Below are positions 27,552-37,918 of a stretch of 64,000 nt of DNA, piece by piece; the first letter of the stretch is position 1; every line of letters begins with the position of its first letter. Where the stretch lies: positions 167,648-231,647 of the IMG/VR virus record IMGVR_UViG_3300030616_000016; one strand, written 5' to 3'. The notes under the pieces are model-generated. The model had not been told where the DNA came from. It saw only the letters and a list, made by a program, of their open reading frames with translations, and searched no databases. Position numbers and translations under genes: made by a program.

Positions 27552-28550
27552 ATGCCAGAGAAAGGTAGGGTAACTGAACCCGTACAACAAGACTCAATAA
27601 AATCCCTTCCTGGGATTGAATCTATATCTGTGGAGTACTATAATATAGTACCAGATTCGCTTACTGTAATAAAGAAGAAGCCTAGGTACGATGCAAGAGG
27701 ATGTATAATCCCAGAACCTCCTACCAAGGATATAAAGATCGATATATATAAAAGCGATAGCAGTCTTGTCCAGACGGTTCGTATTAACTGGCCAACAAAT
27801 GGTATTGTACATCTGAGAGCAAATCCAGATGAATATCGAGTCAAAAGAATCACAAAAGGCTATCATAGACACTATGAGATAGAAGCTAAAGAAAATAGTG
27901 AGAAGGCACAAAAGATAGCGTCTATGCAGGAAGTAGAGCCTATGAGAAGCAGCGGTGTCATGTCTAAGGCCAATGTTGGCGTGGATATTTTTGGCACAAT
28001 AGGCCAGCGAATAGAAAGAATAAAGCGCAAGGTTGAAGGCGCCAGAAGTAATAACATGCTTGACAACGACTACGATGAGACTCGTATGACAAAGGTTGGA
28101 GAGCCTGGTGCCATGATTCGTATGCAGTCTCCTGATCTTTTAGGTGAAACTAAAGGCGATCCGGTTGCTATTGATAATCCCATTGATAAAGGAGTAGTCA
28201 AAGCAGAGATGGCGGTTGGCAACATGTTCAAAATGGTAGGAGACACAACGGGATTTAAAAATGTTAGCAAGATAATTAAGCATGGCATAAACCCACAGGA
28301 GATGCAGTGGTCTGATTGGATTGTCAACCCTATGACCAAGTTTCTGCCTTCTACAGCAGTTAAGCCTGTAAAGACATGGATGAGAGCGCTTCTCCCGTCG
28401 GCTCTTATGTTGGGCATGATAGCTGCGATGAAGCATGCTCTTAAAGACGTTAAGTCGCATATGCCACCACAACCCAATTATACTGGCCAGACCAAAACAA
28501 GTGGTGTATTAGGTCAAATAGAAGACTTTGAGAACGAAATAAGGAGCTAA
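27552..28550 (+). CDS. Hypothetical protein at the position usually held by the baseplate spike
   Basis: 332-aa ORF with AGGAGG RBS, between the hub and the gp25-like gene. No motif recognised. Confidence 0.55.
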   Translation: MPEKGRVTEPVQQDSIKSLPGIESISVEYYNIVPDSLTVIKKKPRYDARGCIIPEPPTKDIKIDIYKSDSSLVQTVRINWPTNGIVHLRANPDEYRVKRITKGYHRHYEIEAKENSEKAQKIASMQEVEPMRSSGVMSKANVGVDIFGTIGQRIERIKRKVEGARSNNMLDNDYDETRMTKVGEPGAMIRMQSPDLLGETKGDPVAIDNPIDKGVVKAEMAVGNMFKMVGDTTGFKNVSKIIKHGINPQEMQWSDWIVNPMTKFLPSTAVKPVKTWMRALLPSALMLGMIAAMKHALKDVKSHMPPQPNYTGQTKTSGVLGQIEDFENEIRS

Positions 28551-28552
28551 TC

Positions 28553-28981
28553 ATGGCTGTTGTAAATCAACACGATATATATCTTGATAAAGATCACGAT
28601 ATTATTAAAAGCGGCACAGGCGATATTTCTGTAAGCAATAGTTTTAACGGACTCAAAAATATTGTTAAGTTCAGAGTGCAAACCTCTATAGAAGATTGGA
28701 TTTCTGGCGGTGATTTTGTAGCTGATATTGATAGATTTATTGGTCAGCCAAATAATGAGGACACCGCTCAGCGCATGCAAAGACGCGTAGAGCTTTGTTT
28801 GCTAAGGGATGGATTGATAAATTCTTCTGATCTTAGAGTCGAGATTGTTCCTGTGTCTCCAACAGAGGTTGTTATGTTCGTTCTTATTTCAAATATCAAT
28901 ACCGATGATAATTCTGGTGGATATATGGAGTTACAATTCAAAATTGACTTTACATCTGGCTATATTGTGGGTATAATATAG
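28553..28981 (+). CDS. Baseplate wedge / sheath initiator, gp25-like
   Basis: DIYLDKDHDII...VKFRVQTSIEDW...ADIDRFIGQPN...DLRVEIVPVSP pattern. Directly precedes the gpJ homolog. Confidence 0.8.
   Translation: MAVVNQHDIYLDKDHDIIKSGTGDISVSNSFNGLKNIVKFRVQTSIEDWISGGDFVADIDRFIGQPNNEDTAQRMQRRVELCLLRDGLINSSDLRVEIVPVSPTEVVMFVLISNINTDDNSGGYMELQFKIDFTSGYIVGII
28949..28977 (+). promoter_or_regulatory. Candidate sigma70/sigmaA-type promoter upstream of the baseplate J gene
   Basis: TTTACA (28949-54), a 17-nt spacer, then TATAAT (28972-77). A GGAG RBS and the ATG at 29001 follow. Confidence 0.45.
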
Positions 28982-29000
28982 AAAACCTTGGAGTATAATC

Positions 29001-30149
29001 ATGGCAAGAACAATAGATAAAACTGGTTTAATGAACAGAATGTTGCGAAGGCTAAGCAACAGAGGATTTAATTCTCTTAGTACTGGATCGATGGTGCGTA
29101 CTATGGCAGAGATCTGGGCTGAGGAAACTTCGCAAGTTCTTGAAGATATTGACTTTATAACATCTAGATATATGTTGGCTAATGCTACTGGTGGCTTTTT
29201 GGACATTCTTGGTCAACTTGTTGGATTGCAGCGTACACCGCCAATTACTTCTTCTGTAGATGCTGAAGACGAAATTGTAAAATTCTATACAACAACAGGT
29301 GTTTTATCTGATTACCTGCCTGCGTCTGATGTTTCTGGATTTGCAGAAATACCAGCTGGAACAAGAATATCTGATCCTGACAATGTTGTTGTATATGAAG
29401 TAGAACGCACAATTGTTCCTATGGGAGTATCAGAAATATATGTTGGAGCTAGTGCTGTTGAGACTGGGTCTCATACCACAGTTCCAGCTAATAATCTTAC
29501 AAACCATGACTTAAATATATCCAATATAAGTGTTACGAATACAAGTGCGATATCAAATGGAGCGGATTTAGAGAGCGATGAGAATTTCAGGTATAGAATT
29601 TCTAGATCTCGCACGACTGCAGCTAAGGCTAATGAGACTGCTGTCAGACTGGCAGCGCTTCTTGTTCCTGGTATATCTGATGTTAATCTTAAACCAAATG
29701 TATATGGCCCTGGTACTTTTGAAGTATTGCTTGTTCCAGAAGGCAATGTTGTTACAGAATCACAGAGAACTACAGCTGAGATTAGTATAAGAGACGCCGC
29801 ATCTTTTGGCACGACTATATATATTACAGAGCCGACTTATTTGACTATAAATATGGTTGTTCATGTTACAACCCAAAACATGTCGACACAAAACGACAAT
29901 TCCACTTCACAAGAAACTGCTCTAGGAAATGTTCTGTCATATTTAAGCTCAATACCAATTGGCGGATCTTTTAATCCAGCAGTTCTAGAAAGAAGATTGT
30001 TAGATGGAGATCCTAATCTTATCAATGCAGAAGTAATATTACTATGTATTGATGGTAAACCAGTTCCATCTTCTATATATCAGCTTGATGATAATGAATT
30101 ATTTATGCCTGACCCACAACTATCTAATCCGATACAGGTGCTTATATGA
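29001..30149 (+). CDS. Baseplate J-like wedge protein
   Basis: ATGGFLDILGQLVGLQR, IPAGTRI, VTNTSAISNGADLESDENFRYRI, VPGISDV, GPGTFEV: a canonical Baseplate_J motif series. Confidence 0.92.
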   Translation: MARTIDKTGLMNRMLRRLSNRGFNSLSTGSMVRTMAEIWAEETSQVLEDIDFITSRYMLANATGGFLDILGQLVGLQRTPPITSSVDAEDEIVKFYTTTGVLSDYLPASDVSGFAEIPAGTRISDPDNVVVYEVERTIVPMGVSEIYVGASAVETGSHTTVPANNLTNHDLNISNISVTNTSAISNGADLESDENFRYRISRSRTTAAKANETAVRLAALLVPGISDVNLKPNVYGPGTFEVLLVPEGNVVTESQRTTAEISIRDAASFGTTIYITEPTYLTINMVVHVTTQNMSTQNDNSTSQETALGNVLSYLSSIPIGGSFNPAVLERRLLDGDPNLINAEVILLCIDGKPVPSSIYQLDDNELFMPDPQLSNPIQVLI

Positions 30150-30322
30150 GTAACAATGACAAGATATATGCTAGCGATCTTAATTGTGTTTCATGCGGCA
30201 AACAGGCAGTTGCATTTTGGCCTTGCATTGATCCAGATATAGTTTCTAAACCGTATTGCAGAAAATGTTTAGACGAAATTCAACATGAATTATTAATGAG
30301 AATGATAGATGAAGGAAAGTAG
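30146..30322 (+). CDS. 58-aa zinc-finger protein (absent from the ORF track)
   Basis: Translated by hand: MSNNDKIYASDLNCVSCGKQAVAFWPCIDPDIVSKPYCRKCLDEIQHELLMRMIDEGK*. It overlaps the gpJ stop via ATGA and has two CxxC pairs. Confidence 0.7.
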   Translation: MSNNDKIYASDLNCVSCGKQAVAFWPCIDPDIVSKPYCRKCLDEIQHELLMRMIDEGK

Positions 30323-31847
30323 CTTTAAATATCTACCTACTGCTTATGACCCAGAGACCACTAGGTTGGCTAATAGACTGCCTTCTTGGCATCCAATGAG
30401 AACTAAGAGGATGTCTAGTGTAGGACATCAGCTTATGAACTCTACAATGGGCTCTGGTATGTCTGATATCAACTACAGATATCTTGAAGGCATAGACAAT
30501 ACCTTCTTAGGTACATGTCGTACAGATCAAGTTGGGCCTGTATACGTTAAGACTACAAGTAAAAGACCGTCCAGAAGCTCGTCTAATACAAGAAATATGT
30601 TATTTAATGCCGGCTTCGAATGGGCTCCCAGAATATCTGATAAAGCATGGCAATGGTATACGGTTACTGAGAAGATATCAGATCAGACTACAGCAACAGA
30701 CGCTATAACGAGAGACCATACAAGCTATTATTATGGCGGAACCTCTTTGAAGGTTACTCTGGAGCAAGGATACCAGGCTTATATCATACAAAGCGTTACA
30801 AGAAGTTTTAAGGCCAACGAAACCATAGGCATAAGCGTTATGTATAAGGGTGAAAATACTTTGGTTGGCGATGATGGAATACGTTTATACCTTACTGGCG
30901 AGAAGCTATATGATGGTAGCACCACTCCTACATCTGTTGTATATGGCGACGCCGACACTGAAAATATATTTACCAGGCTGACTGAAGACGTACATTTTGC
31001 ACATGATGTCAACAATGTAAACTTCGTCATCAAGATAGTCAATTCCTCTTCAGGAACTATGACGTACTATATAGATGCTGCACAGATGGAACTTGCCGGT
31101 TCTTCCGGGTGGCATATAAGATACGATGATCCAGTATGGTTTGTTGATACAGAGAACAATGGTCCTTTTGATGTATTCTATTCAGATACATATAAACGCC
31201 GCGTGATTTATTGTTCAACTACAGATGATTTCATGCTGAGAACAGCTCCAACAAGAGCGATCCTCTCCACACTTAGTAGAAACATTAGCCTTCAAACTTC
31301 AACAAAAACACATTCGCGTAAGATAGAGTTTGATCGTAAGTCATGGACTACTGAGTTTAAGATAGAAAGCAATCAGATAGTAAGATTCAACTCATCTATC
31401 CCAGACGAGGCATTTGCTACATACAACCTATATGAACTAAACGATGATAATACGTGGTCTGTTAATAGCAGTGCGACTCTTCACGACTTTGTAATAATCG
31501 GTGAGCTTTTATACATTATTGCATATGAAGATTCACAATATGTCCTAAAGATTTGCAATCCAGAAATGAATGAGCCGGAAGATTCATATATCTATGTAAT
31601 CAATACCATACCGATTGAAGATGATTATGAGATATTAAATAGCTCAGTTTCTTCCCTGTCAATAGTACAAGCCACTGGTAGAGATAATCTATTTGCTCTT
31701 GATGTTGAATATCAAGATGGAAGCGAAACAGATACAGTAAGATTTGGGGTTACTTTAATGTACGACTATTATATATATGATGATACCTCCAACCAAATTA
31801 TTACCAGAGAAAATTATAATAATTATGGAGGCATTATAATAACATGA
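30309..31847 (+). CDS. Baseplate/wedge-associated protein with a carbohydrate-binding (CBM4/9-like) domain
   Basis: RNMLFNAGFE...GGTSLKVT...YYIDAAQMEL jelly-roll pattern. Follows the gpJ homolog. Confidence 0.55.
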   Translation: MKESSFKYLPTAYDPETTRLANRLPSWHPMRTKRMSSVGHQLMNSTMGSGMSDINYRYLEGIDNTFLGTCRTDQVGPVYVKTTSKRPSRSSSNTRNMLFNAGFEWAPRISDKAWQWYTVTEKISDQTTATDAITRDHTSYYYGGTSLKVTLEQGYQAYIIQSVTRSFKANETIGISVMYKGENTLVGDDGIRLYLTGEKLYDGSTTPTSVVYGDADTENIFTRLTEDVHFAHDVNNVNFVIKIVNSSSGTMTYYIDAAQMELAGSSGWHIRYDDPVWFVDTENNGPFDVFYSDTYKRRVIYCSTTDDFMLRTAPTRAILSTLSRNISLQTSTKTHSRKIEFDRKSWTTEFKIESNQIVRFNSSIPDEAFATYNLYELNDDNTWSVNSSATLHDFVIIGELLYIIAYEDSQYVLKICNPEMNEPEDSYIYVINTIPIEDDYEILNSSVSSLSIVQATGRDNLFALDVEYQDGSETDTVRFGVTLMYDYYIYDDTSNQIITRENYNNYGGIIIT

Positions 31848-34800
31848 GCGAACTCAGAGATCTATTTACTATTAAAGAACCTGTGGCGCCTCCCAACAGC
31901 CAGACATATTCACTTGGTGGTAAAGTGCACAGTTCTGTTGTAATGATGGAAGTCAATGGCACAAGATTTGGATCTGCCGCTCAGTTTGCTCATAGACCAT
32001 ATGATTCTGATTGGAATCAGTGGGCATATCCAGTCGATATTACTAATGTAGATACTTTTAATGTAGCATGCGCCGTTTCTACTTCCAATGAAGTTACTTT
32101 TATCAGCGAAGATGCTATTTATAATTACTCTGATACAGATATACAAATTGGCCTTGATGAATCTCTATCTAATGAGCTTCAGCTAGCAACTGATATGTAT
32201 AACGCAGGTCAGCTAACTGCAGGCCAGCTTGCATGTGTGTCAAACGAGCTATCTCTTTCGTCTGTTCTTGGTGAATACTCTGCATCAGGAGAATGGATAG
32301 ATACTGATTATCTATCAGATATTCAGCTATCTATAAGAGGATGGAAAGAAGGCAGAGGGCCATTTGGCTATACAAATGCATCTACAGTTGTTACATCTCA
32401 TCCAGACGCAAATACATTCTTAAATAACGCTATGCAGGTAAATAGTCTTGCGAGCAATGATTATATTGAAAGCCTTGTTGCAGATGGGTATACAACTGGA
32501 GATAGGCTGTGGACTCACCTATTTAGATCAGAATTCTCTTTGGGTGAAGACTATATATCCACTACAGATCTCAGTCTTGTACTAGAATATGAAGGCGCTA
32601 TTGAAGTATTCCTCAATGGCGCATCTGTATATAGAGACAATATGAAGTGTAGCTCTACATTCCCATGGGGATTTTCTGAGTACGCAACAGCAAGGTCTGA
32701 CACTACTACAACTGTTGATCTTAGTAGTTATACAAGTCTTGTACAACAGGGAACAAATACCATAGGCATAGCATTAAAGACTGCAAGTAAAACAGACGAT
32801 AGCGCGTTTGTATCTGCAAAGCTCGAAGGCAGTATATGGAAATATCAATGGTCAGACCCAAAACAAGTTACACTAGAGCTTTCTGATGGAACACAAACAG
32901 AGGAGCTTAATTTCAACTCCTTGGATAACTTCGGTCTAATGATTGACATGGAAAGACTTCCAGGAGAGCACAACGTAGATTATAAAGAAAGAATGCTTAA
33001 TAGCTTAGATCCTGAGCTTCCTTCTAATTCTACTATACTTGGGTTATTAAATGGTATTTCTCATAATCTAGGATTGCCAATAGACACCACAGCTATAACC
33101 ATTGAAGCGAACGACTTATCAGAGAAGCCTAACAATAAGATAGTTACTGGTATGACTGTATATACAAGAAATAACTATTTCTATTTTACAGCTGACCAGT
33201 TTATCAAATCAAACGAGCAGCTAACAATTGATTCCAATTATCCTATAGCTACAATATCTAAGACAGTTGATAGGCTTATTAAGATTACTGATGCAGACGG
33301 CAATATAATTAACGATGCTCTTTATACTACATCTCACGATGGAACAGAAATTGAAATTAACAGCGATCTTTCTTCTGAAGTTTTATATGCTACCTATCAG
33401 TATGCTGAGCGTATAGACATGACTGATATATCTATCCAGGATGTTGTATTATTCATCAACTCTATTCTGTTTGGTACGTCTCTTGTAGCAACGGCCACCG
33501 TTAGCGAAGAGTTCTTTCCTGAGATATATCGTGGAACATGTTCAACTGCCGGCACAACTTATATAGATGACAATATAAATGTTGAGAATCTAAACCTTCC
33601 GTCTCCATCATACATCAACCTTGTTGATGCTGAGAAGCGCAGAAAGGTTTCTAGTATATCAGATGAAAGAATATACTTCGAAGGTTCTTCTCTTGGCACT
33701 TATACTGATGTTGAATACACTCTAAACTATTGTCCGAGTGCGTTCTTTATTCCTCGTACCAGATTTGAAGAGAATGACAATAATACATTATACATACCTT
33801 TATATCAAGTAAGATTGGATCGTATAAACAAAGACATGCTTGAGAAATATTCCAACGTATACCAAGGTCAGTTAAATGATGTTGGCGATATGATTCAAAT
33901 GATTAGGGATAGCATGCATGTAACATGGGACGAACAGGTTGTTGACTTTGATATGTGGGATGCCATAGATAACTTCCTAATGTCTAACTCTGAAATACCT
34001 GGGTTGTATGATATGCCTAAGCAGGCATTTACAACAACCACAACAGATATGATGTCTCCAGATGAATTTAGGCTTGTTGGCGATCCTTCTAATGATTATG
34101 TCGCCCACTTCTTTAATTCGAATGACTTTGTATCTGGGGTTGGTAGCATAGATGATTACGATAGTCCTATTAATCACAGAGACGATCTTGCTCTGTCTGA
34201 CATAGTAGTAGAAACTGATGGGTGGAGACCTAAGTTAAAAACAGGTTATTTCTATATCAGAGACAGAGAATATTATCTATTTGATAACAAAGAATGTAAG
34301 TGGATCAATGATCTTACATGGGTGAAAATACCTGTTCCTTACACAACTGCAAACAACGGACAGTCTGTGCAGCCTAAGGTGCAGGCAGTTTCTATAACGC
34401 ACAATCCTACATCTTTTGTTGTACCAAGTACTTATATTCAAATCAAAGATGACTATATATGGCTGAATATGAGCTTTCTTAATCCCGAAGGATCTCCTGG
34501 GTATACGTCAAATCCTTTTAATTGTACTGTAAATATTAATTATACCTATTATGACCTTGTGGGTCAGAGCATGTCACTAAACTCTTCTGGAGTATCTACG
34601 GTTAATCTATTAAACCTAGACCGCGTATATGTCATGGATCCTTTACCTACAGATGGTGCTCCTATAGTCTTAACAGATCTTAATGCAAGTCCTTCCTCTG
34701 ATTATACAGATAGACATCCTCAGTTTTCTGTTGATACAGAAGGCGCAATTGAATTTCTTGACAGTAAAATAGACCATCAAAACGTAGTATTTGAATGGGA

Positions 34801-34945
34801 ATCTGGCTCTGGCGAATACTATATATCTGACAGAGTGGATTATAATCCTGCTAACAATCCAGAATCTACTGGGTTTCTTGCTATAGAAAATGACCAGTCA
34901 AGCCCTATTGGTGAAGAGTTTGACGGGCCTGGAGGTGTATTGTGA
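31844..34945 (+). CDS. Large baseplate wedge-like protein with a galactose-binding-like domain
   Basis: THLFRSEF...YEGAIEVFLNGASVYRDNM...GTNTIGIAL sugar-binding module. LDNFGLMIDMERLPGEHNVDYKERML resembles the gpI/gpJ-type wedge motif. Confidence 0.6.
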   Translation: MSELRDLFTIKEPVAPPNSQTYSLGGKVHSSVVMMEVNGTRFGSAAQFAHRPYDSDWNQWAYPVDITNVDTFNVACAVSTSNEVTFISEDAIYNYSDTDIQIGLDESLSNELQLATDMYNAGQLTAGQLACVSNELSLSSVLGEYSASGEWIDTDYLSDIQLSIRGWKEGRGPFGYTNASTVVTSHPDANTFLNNAMQVNSLASNDYIESLVADGYTTGDRLWTHLFRSEFSLGEDYISTTDLSLVLEYEGAIEVFLNGASVYRDNMKCSSTFPWGFSEYATARSDTTTTVDLSSYTSLVQQGTNTIGIALKTASKTDDSAFVSAKLEGSIWKYQWSDPKQVTLELSDGTQTEELNFNSLDNFGLMIDMERLPGEHNVDYKERMLNSLDPELPSNSTILGLLNGISHNLGLPIDTTAITIEANDLSEKPNNKIVTGMTVYTRNNYFYFTADQFIKSNEQLTIDSNYPIATISKTVDRLIKITDADGNIINDALYTTSHDGTEIEINSDLSSEVLYATYQYAERIDMTDISIQDVVLFINSILFGTSLVATATVSEEFFPEIYRGTCSTAGTTYIDDNINVENLNLPSPSYINLVDAEKRRKVSSISDERIYFEGSSLGTYTDVEYTLNYCPSAFFIPRTRFEENDNNTLYIPLYQVRLDRINKDMLEKYSNVYQGQLNDVGDMIQMIRDSMHVTWDEQVVDFDMWDAIDNFLMSNSEIPGLYDMPKQAFTTTTTDMMSPDEFRLVGDPSNDYVAHFFNSNDFVSGVGSIDDYDSPINHRDDLALSDIVVETDGWRPKLKTGYFYIRDREYYLFDNKECKWINDLTWVKIPVPYTTANNGQSVQPKVQAVSITHNPTSFVVPSTYIQIKDDYIWLNMSFLNPEGSPGYTSNPFNCTVNINYTYYDLVGQSMSLNSSGVSTVNLLNLDRVYVMDPLPTDGAPIVLTDLNASPSSDYTDRHPQFSVDTEGAIEFLDSKIDHQNVVFEWESGSGEYYISDRVDYNPANNPESTGFLAIENDQSSPIGEEFDGPGGVL

Positions 34946-35130
34946 ATAGTAATGAGTATTATAAAGAATCTAAGCCAGCTAAAGAAAGCACATTTAAGTT
35001 TATTGAATGTCCTTCTTGCGGCACAAAGATTGAAATTAAGCCTAAAGACAACTTCAAGGTATGTGTGCATTGTGGAGCTGAATTGTTACCTAATATATAC
35101 TCTAATCAGAATGACATCATAGAGGGTTAA
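34942..35130 (+). CDS. Zinc-ribbon protein (62 aa)
   Basis: CPSCG...CVHCG. GTG start after a GGAGGT RBS, with a GTGA overlap. Confidence 0.7.
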   Translation: MNSNEYYKESKPAKESTFKFIECPSCGTKIEIKPKDNFKVCVHCGAELLPNIYSNQNDIIEG

Positions 35131-35132
35131 TC

Positions 35133-35732
35133 ATGGCATATAATGGAACCTTAAGAATAGATCTTGAATCTGATATTCTTGCGCCGACTTCATATCTAGT
35201 CATAAGGGTCATGTTTCTTAGCTCAACTGATCCTACTGTGAGGACAGATGTTACAACTCTTGTATCTCTTTCTACAGCCAATGGTAATGCAATCATATAC
35301 AATTCAACAGACTTAGAAAGACCTCTGCTGTATGGAGTATCAGATGGTTCAGATACTATTACGGCAACTATCGGCGCTGCATCTGGTACCAAGTCTATTA
35401 CCGTGGATAGTAGCTGGGATTATGACATCAATGAAAACTTTGATATGGATGGCGACTCATTTAAAGTTCCATATGCAAAGACATCTGGTTATAATAAAGG
35501 ACGCAAGAGGGTTAATCTAGATACAGAAGAAGATGATCAGACCGACGTTATGAGCAATACTACTACCGATACTAACAAGCCCTATTCTATTGGTGTTATG
35601 CCAGATAGGATAGTGGTTAAGCAGACATTTGATTCATCTACTGTATGGACCACAAAATCTAGTGGTTATGGAAGATGGTATGGAAGAAAATTTGGCGTAG
35701 TCGAAGAGCTCGACAAACTGGGAATCGATTAA
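35133..35732 (+). CDS. Hypothetical virion protein (beta-rich, possibly Ig-like)
   Basis: GSDTITATIGAASGTKSITV resembles an Ig strand. C-terminal GYGRWYGRKFG motif. Confidence 0.5.
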   Translation: MAYNGTLRIDLESDILAPTSYLVIRVMFLSSTDPTVRTDVTTLVSLSTANGNAIIYNSTDLERPLLYGVSDGSDTITATIGAASGTKSITVDSSWDYDINENFDMDGDSFKVPYAKTSGYNKGRKRVNLDTEEDDQTDVMSNTTTDTNKPYSIGVMPDRIVVKQTFDSSTVWTTKSSGYGRWYGRKFGVVEELDKLGID

Positions 35733-35747
35733 TTCAGGAGAAGTAAA

Positions 35748-36383
35748 ATGCCATCAGGACAAACAGAACACTTAAAGCTTTCTACCTTTAATAGCGGTGA
35801 AGATGGCTGGGCAGCTGCGATGAATAGAAATCTTCGCGTACTAGACAGCACACTTGCTACTGTATTGAAGGAAACGAATCTAAAAATAGCAGCGGTAGAA
35901 CAGCAAATAGCAAACAGATATATTGATCTTGAGACCTCTCTTCAGACACAGACCGAGGCGTATATTAACAATATATCTAGCGCACAAAGCGCTAGCTATT
36001 CTAATCTTACAGATTATTTTGAAACTGTGATACAGCCTACTCTAGAAACGTTTCTTACTGACATGAATGCTATCACAGCTCAGATACAAGCCGCTCTTAC
36101 TGCTGCAGAAACCACCAGACAAGAAACAAATAGTTCTATATCTGATATGTTTGATCTAATAAACACTCAGTTTGCTGCTGTAAGCGCAGAAATTCAATCT
36201 GAGACAGCTACAGTTAATGCAGCAAAATCTGAGCTGCAGAGCTTACTTGACAGTATAGAATCGGCTTTGAATACACATGTAGATAACCTTAGTAATCCAC
36301 ATGAGGTTGATGCTGACCAAATTGGCGATCTTGGCGATATAATTAAATATCAAGAGCATGAAGACGATGCTGCTTTTCTATAA
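35748..36383 (+). CDS. Short coiled-coil tail fibre/whisker
   Basis: N-terminal fibre-anchor-like QTEHLKLSTF...WAAAMNRNLRVLD, a long heptad region, and the fibre motif HVDNLSNPHEV. Confidence 0.62.
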   Translation: MPSGQTEHLKLSTFNSGEDGWAAAMNRNLRVLDSTLATVLKETNLKIAAVEQQIANRYIDLETSLQTQTEAYINNISSAQSASYSNLTDYFETVIQPTLETFLTDMNAITAQIQAALTAAETTRQETNSSISDMFDLINTQFAAVSAEIQSETATVNAAKSELQSLLDSIESALNTHVDNLSNPHEVDADQIGDLGDIIKYQEHEDDAAFL

Positions 36384-36392
36384 GAGGTAGAT

Positions 36393-37898
36393 ATGAGCGT
36401 TTTAGGTACTACATCAACACTTGGACTAAAACTGTTTAATCCAGGCACTGCATGGTTGGCATTCAATGACAATCTTGACATATTAGATGCATGGTATAAA
36501 ACAAATGTAATAGACGCCGATCCTAGTGATAGAATATCTGACGCGCATGATCAGGTTAAAAAAGCATCAGATTATGTCACTGCGGATTCCGTTTATGTGG
36601 ATGTCCTACAGGCATGGGATGCCAATATACTTAGCTATGAATCTGCTATTATTGAAGACGGTAGTTTAGCATGGACATACCAAATGATTGCAGAAGATAT
36701 TAATTTTGGCTTAAAAGCATCTAAAACCGGCGGCATATTTTACACCAAAATTCCTACTATAGCCAGTAAAAGCTCGTTACGAGATACGACAAAAGATATA
36801 GATTCATTGCCAACATCTCTTCATTACAATTTTGGTCAAGATTATATATCTACTGATCTTATTAAAGCGTTAAATAGTACTGATGAATATGTTCTAGCAT
36901 ATGAGAGCGCTTCTAGTGATTACCAAGATGCATCTGGATCTCCTACGCCAGTATATTTTGATCCTTCTACCACAACTGTTCCTTCAGGGTATCATGGAAT
37001 ACCAGGTATGCTTTGGGATGGGTTTATTTCTGGCGGAACTGAAACAGTTGCTGCTGCTGTTGAGTCCGACGCTTATTCAAATGAATTTGTACCTGGTATT
37101 TCTGGTATAAATGACTATCTTGATGATACTTGGACAACTGGAATCAATGTTGACTTCATGGGAGAAACAGGAAAGATTAGGCCACCTGGATATCTTGACT
37201 ATAGAACTTTTGGTCAGGATATGTATAATGCTACCCTTATGTATAGAATGGCTGTAGAGTATCATTTTGGCACAACAATGCCTAGCAGGTACGCGGATTT
37301 TAGAGATTCAGTTAGCAATGACTTGTACTATAAAAATGATCAGCTTGACTATCTTGTAGATACTAGAATAAACACCGACGTTTCTAATGAACTAAGCGAC
37401 AATATTAGCGAATTAAATGAATCAATTTCTTCTGACTTGCGTCTGGATGGCAATTTTATTCTAAGTGGTGGATATTACGATGGTTATAAGATTGATGATG
37501 CCATAGACATTCTATCTCAAAAGGTAGCTGCACATGCTAATAATGAAATGATGGTTGAAGTTAAAAACCATGATGGTATAATTGGTTATGCAAGCGTGTT
37601 GGTTGATGAAGGAGATGTTAATGGAGTGCACCAGGTTAGATTCTTAGATGATAATATTGGAACTGTAACCGATTCTGATATAATTCCGTTAGGCGCAGAT
37701 AGGGTAGCGGTAGGCGAAAGTGAATCAATGGTTGTTCCAACCGGATGGCATACTCTGGTTGTTATAAACGATAGTTATATGTATATAAAATTTGAAGCTA
37801 AAAACCCGCATTATGTACACGGAGCTCCTGCAAATGAAGATGACCAGGGTATTGTTGATGGACTTAACATAACATATACTTCTGGTGATTCATCTTAG
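36393..37898 (+). CDS. Putative tail fibre protein
   Basis: Shares the anchor-like N-terminus (TTSTLGLKLFNPGTAWLAFNDNLDILD). Acidic composition. GAGGT RBS. Confidence 0.55.
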   Translation: MSVLGTTSTLGLKLFNPGTAWLAFNDNLDILDAWYKTNVIDADPSDRISDAHDQVKKASDYVTADSVYVDVLQAWDANILSYESAIIEDGSLAWTYQMIAEDINFGLKASKTGGIFYTKIPTIASKSSLRDTTKDIDSLPTSLHYNFGQDYISTDLIKALNSTDEYVLAYESASSDYQDASGSPTPVYFDPSTTTVPSGYHGIPGMLWDGFISGGTETVAAAVESDAYSNEFVPGISGINDYLDDTWTTGINVDFMGETGKIRPPGYLDYRTFGQDMYNATLMYRMAVEYHFGTTMPSRYADFRDSVSNDLYYKNDQLDYLVDTRINTDVSNELSDNISELNESISSDLRLDGNFILSGGYYDGYKIDDAIDILSQKVAAHANNEMMVEVKNHDGIIGYASVLVDEGDVNGVHQVRFLDDNIGTVTDSDIIPLGADRVAVGESESMVVPTGWHTLVVINDSYMYIKFEAKNPHYVHGAPANEDDQGIVDGLNITYTSGDSS

Positions 37899-37918
37899 GG
37901 CTCATCTGGAGAATAAAA

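Noticed and set aside
4299-30149. Bacterial contractile injection system (eCIS/T6SS/tailocin) rather than a phage
   Set aside because: A major capsid protein and neck genes are in the same operon, so this is a complete phage morphogenesis module.
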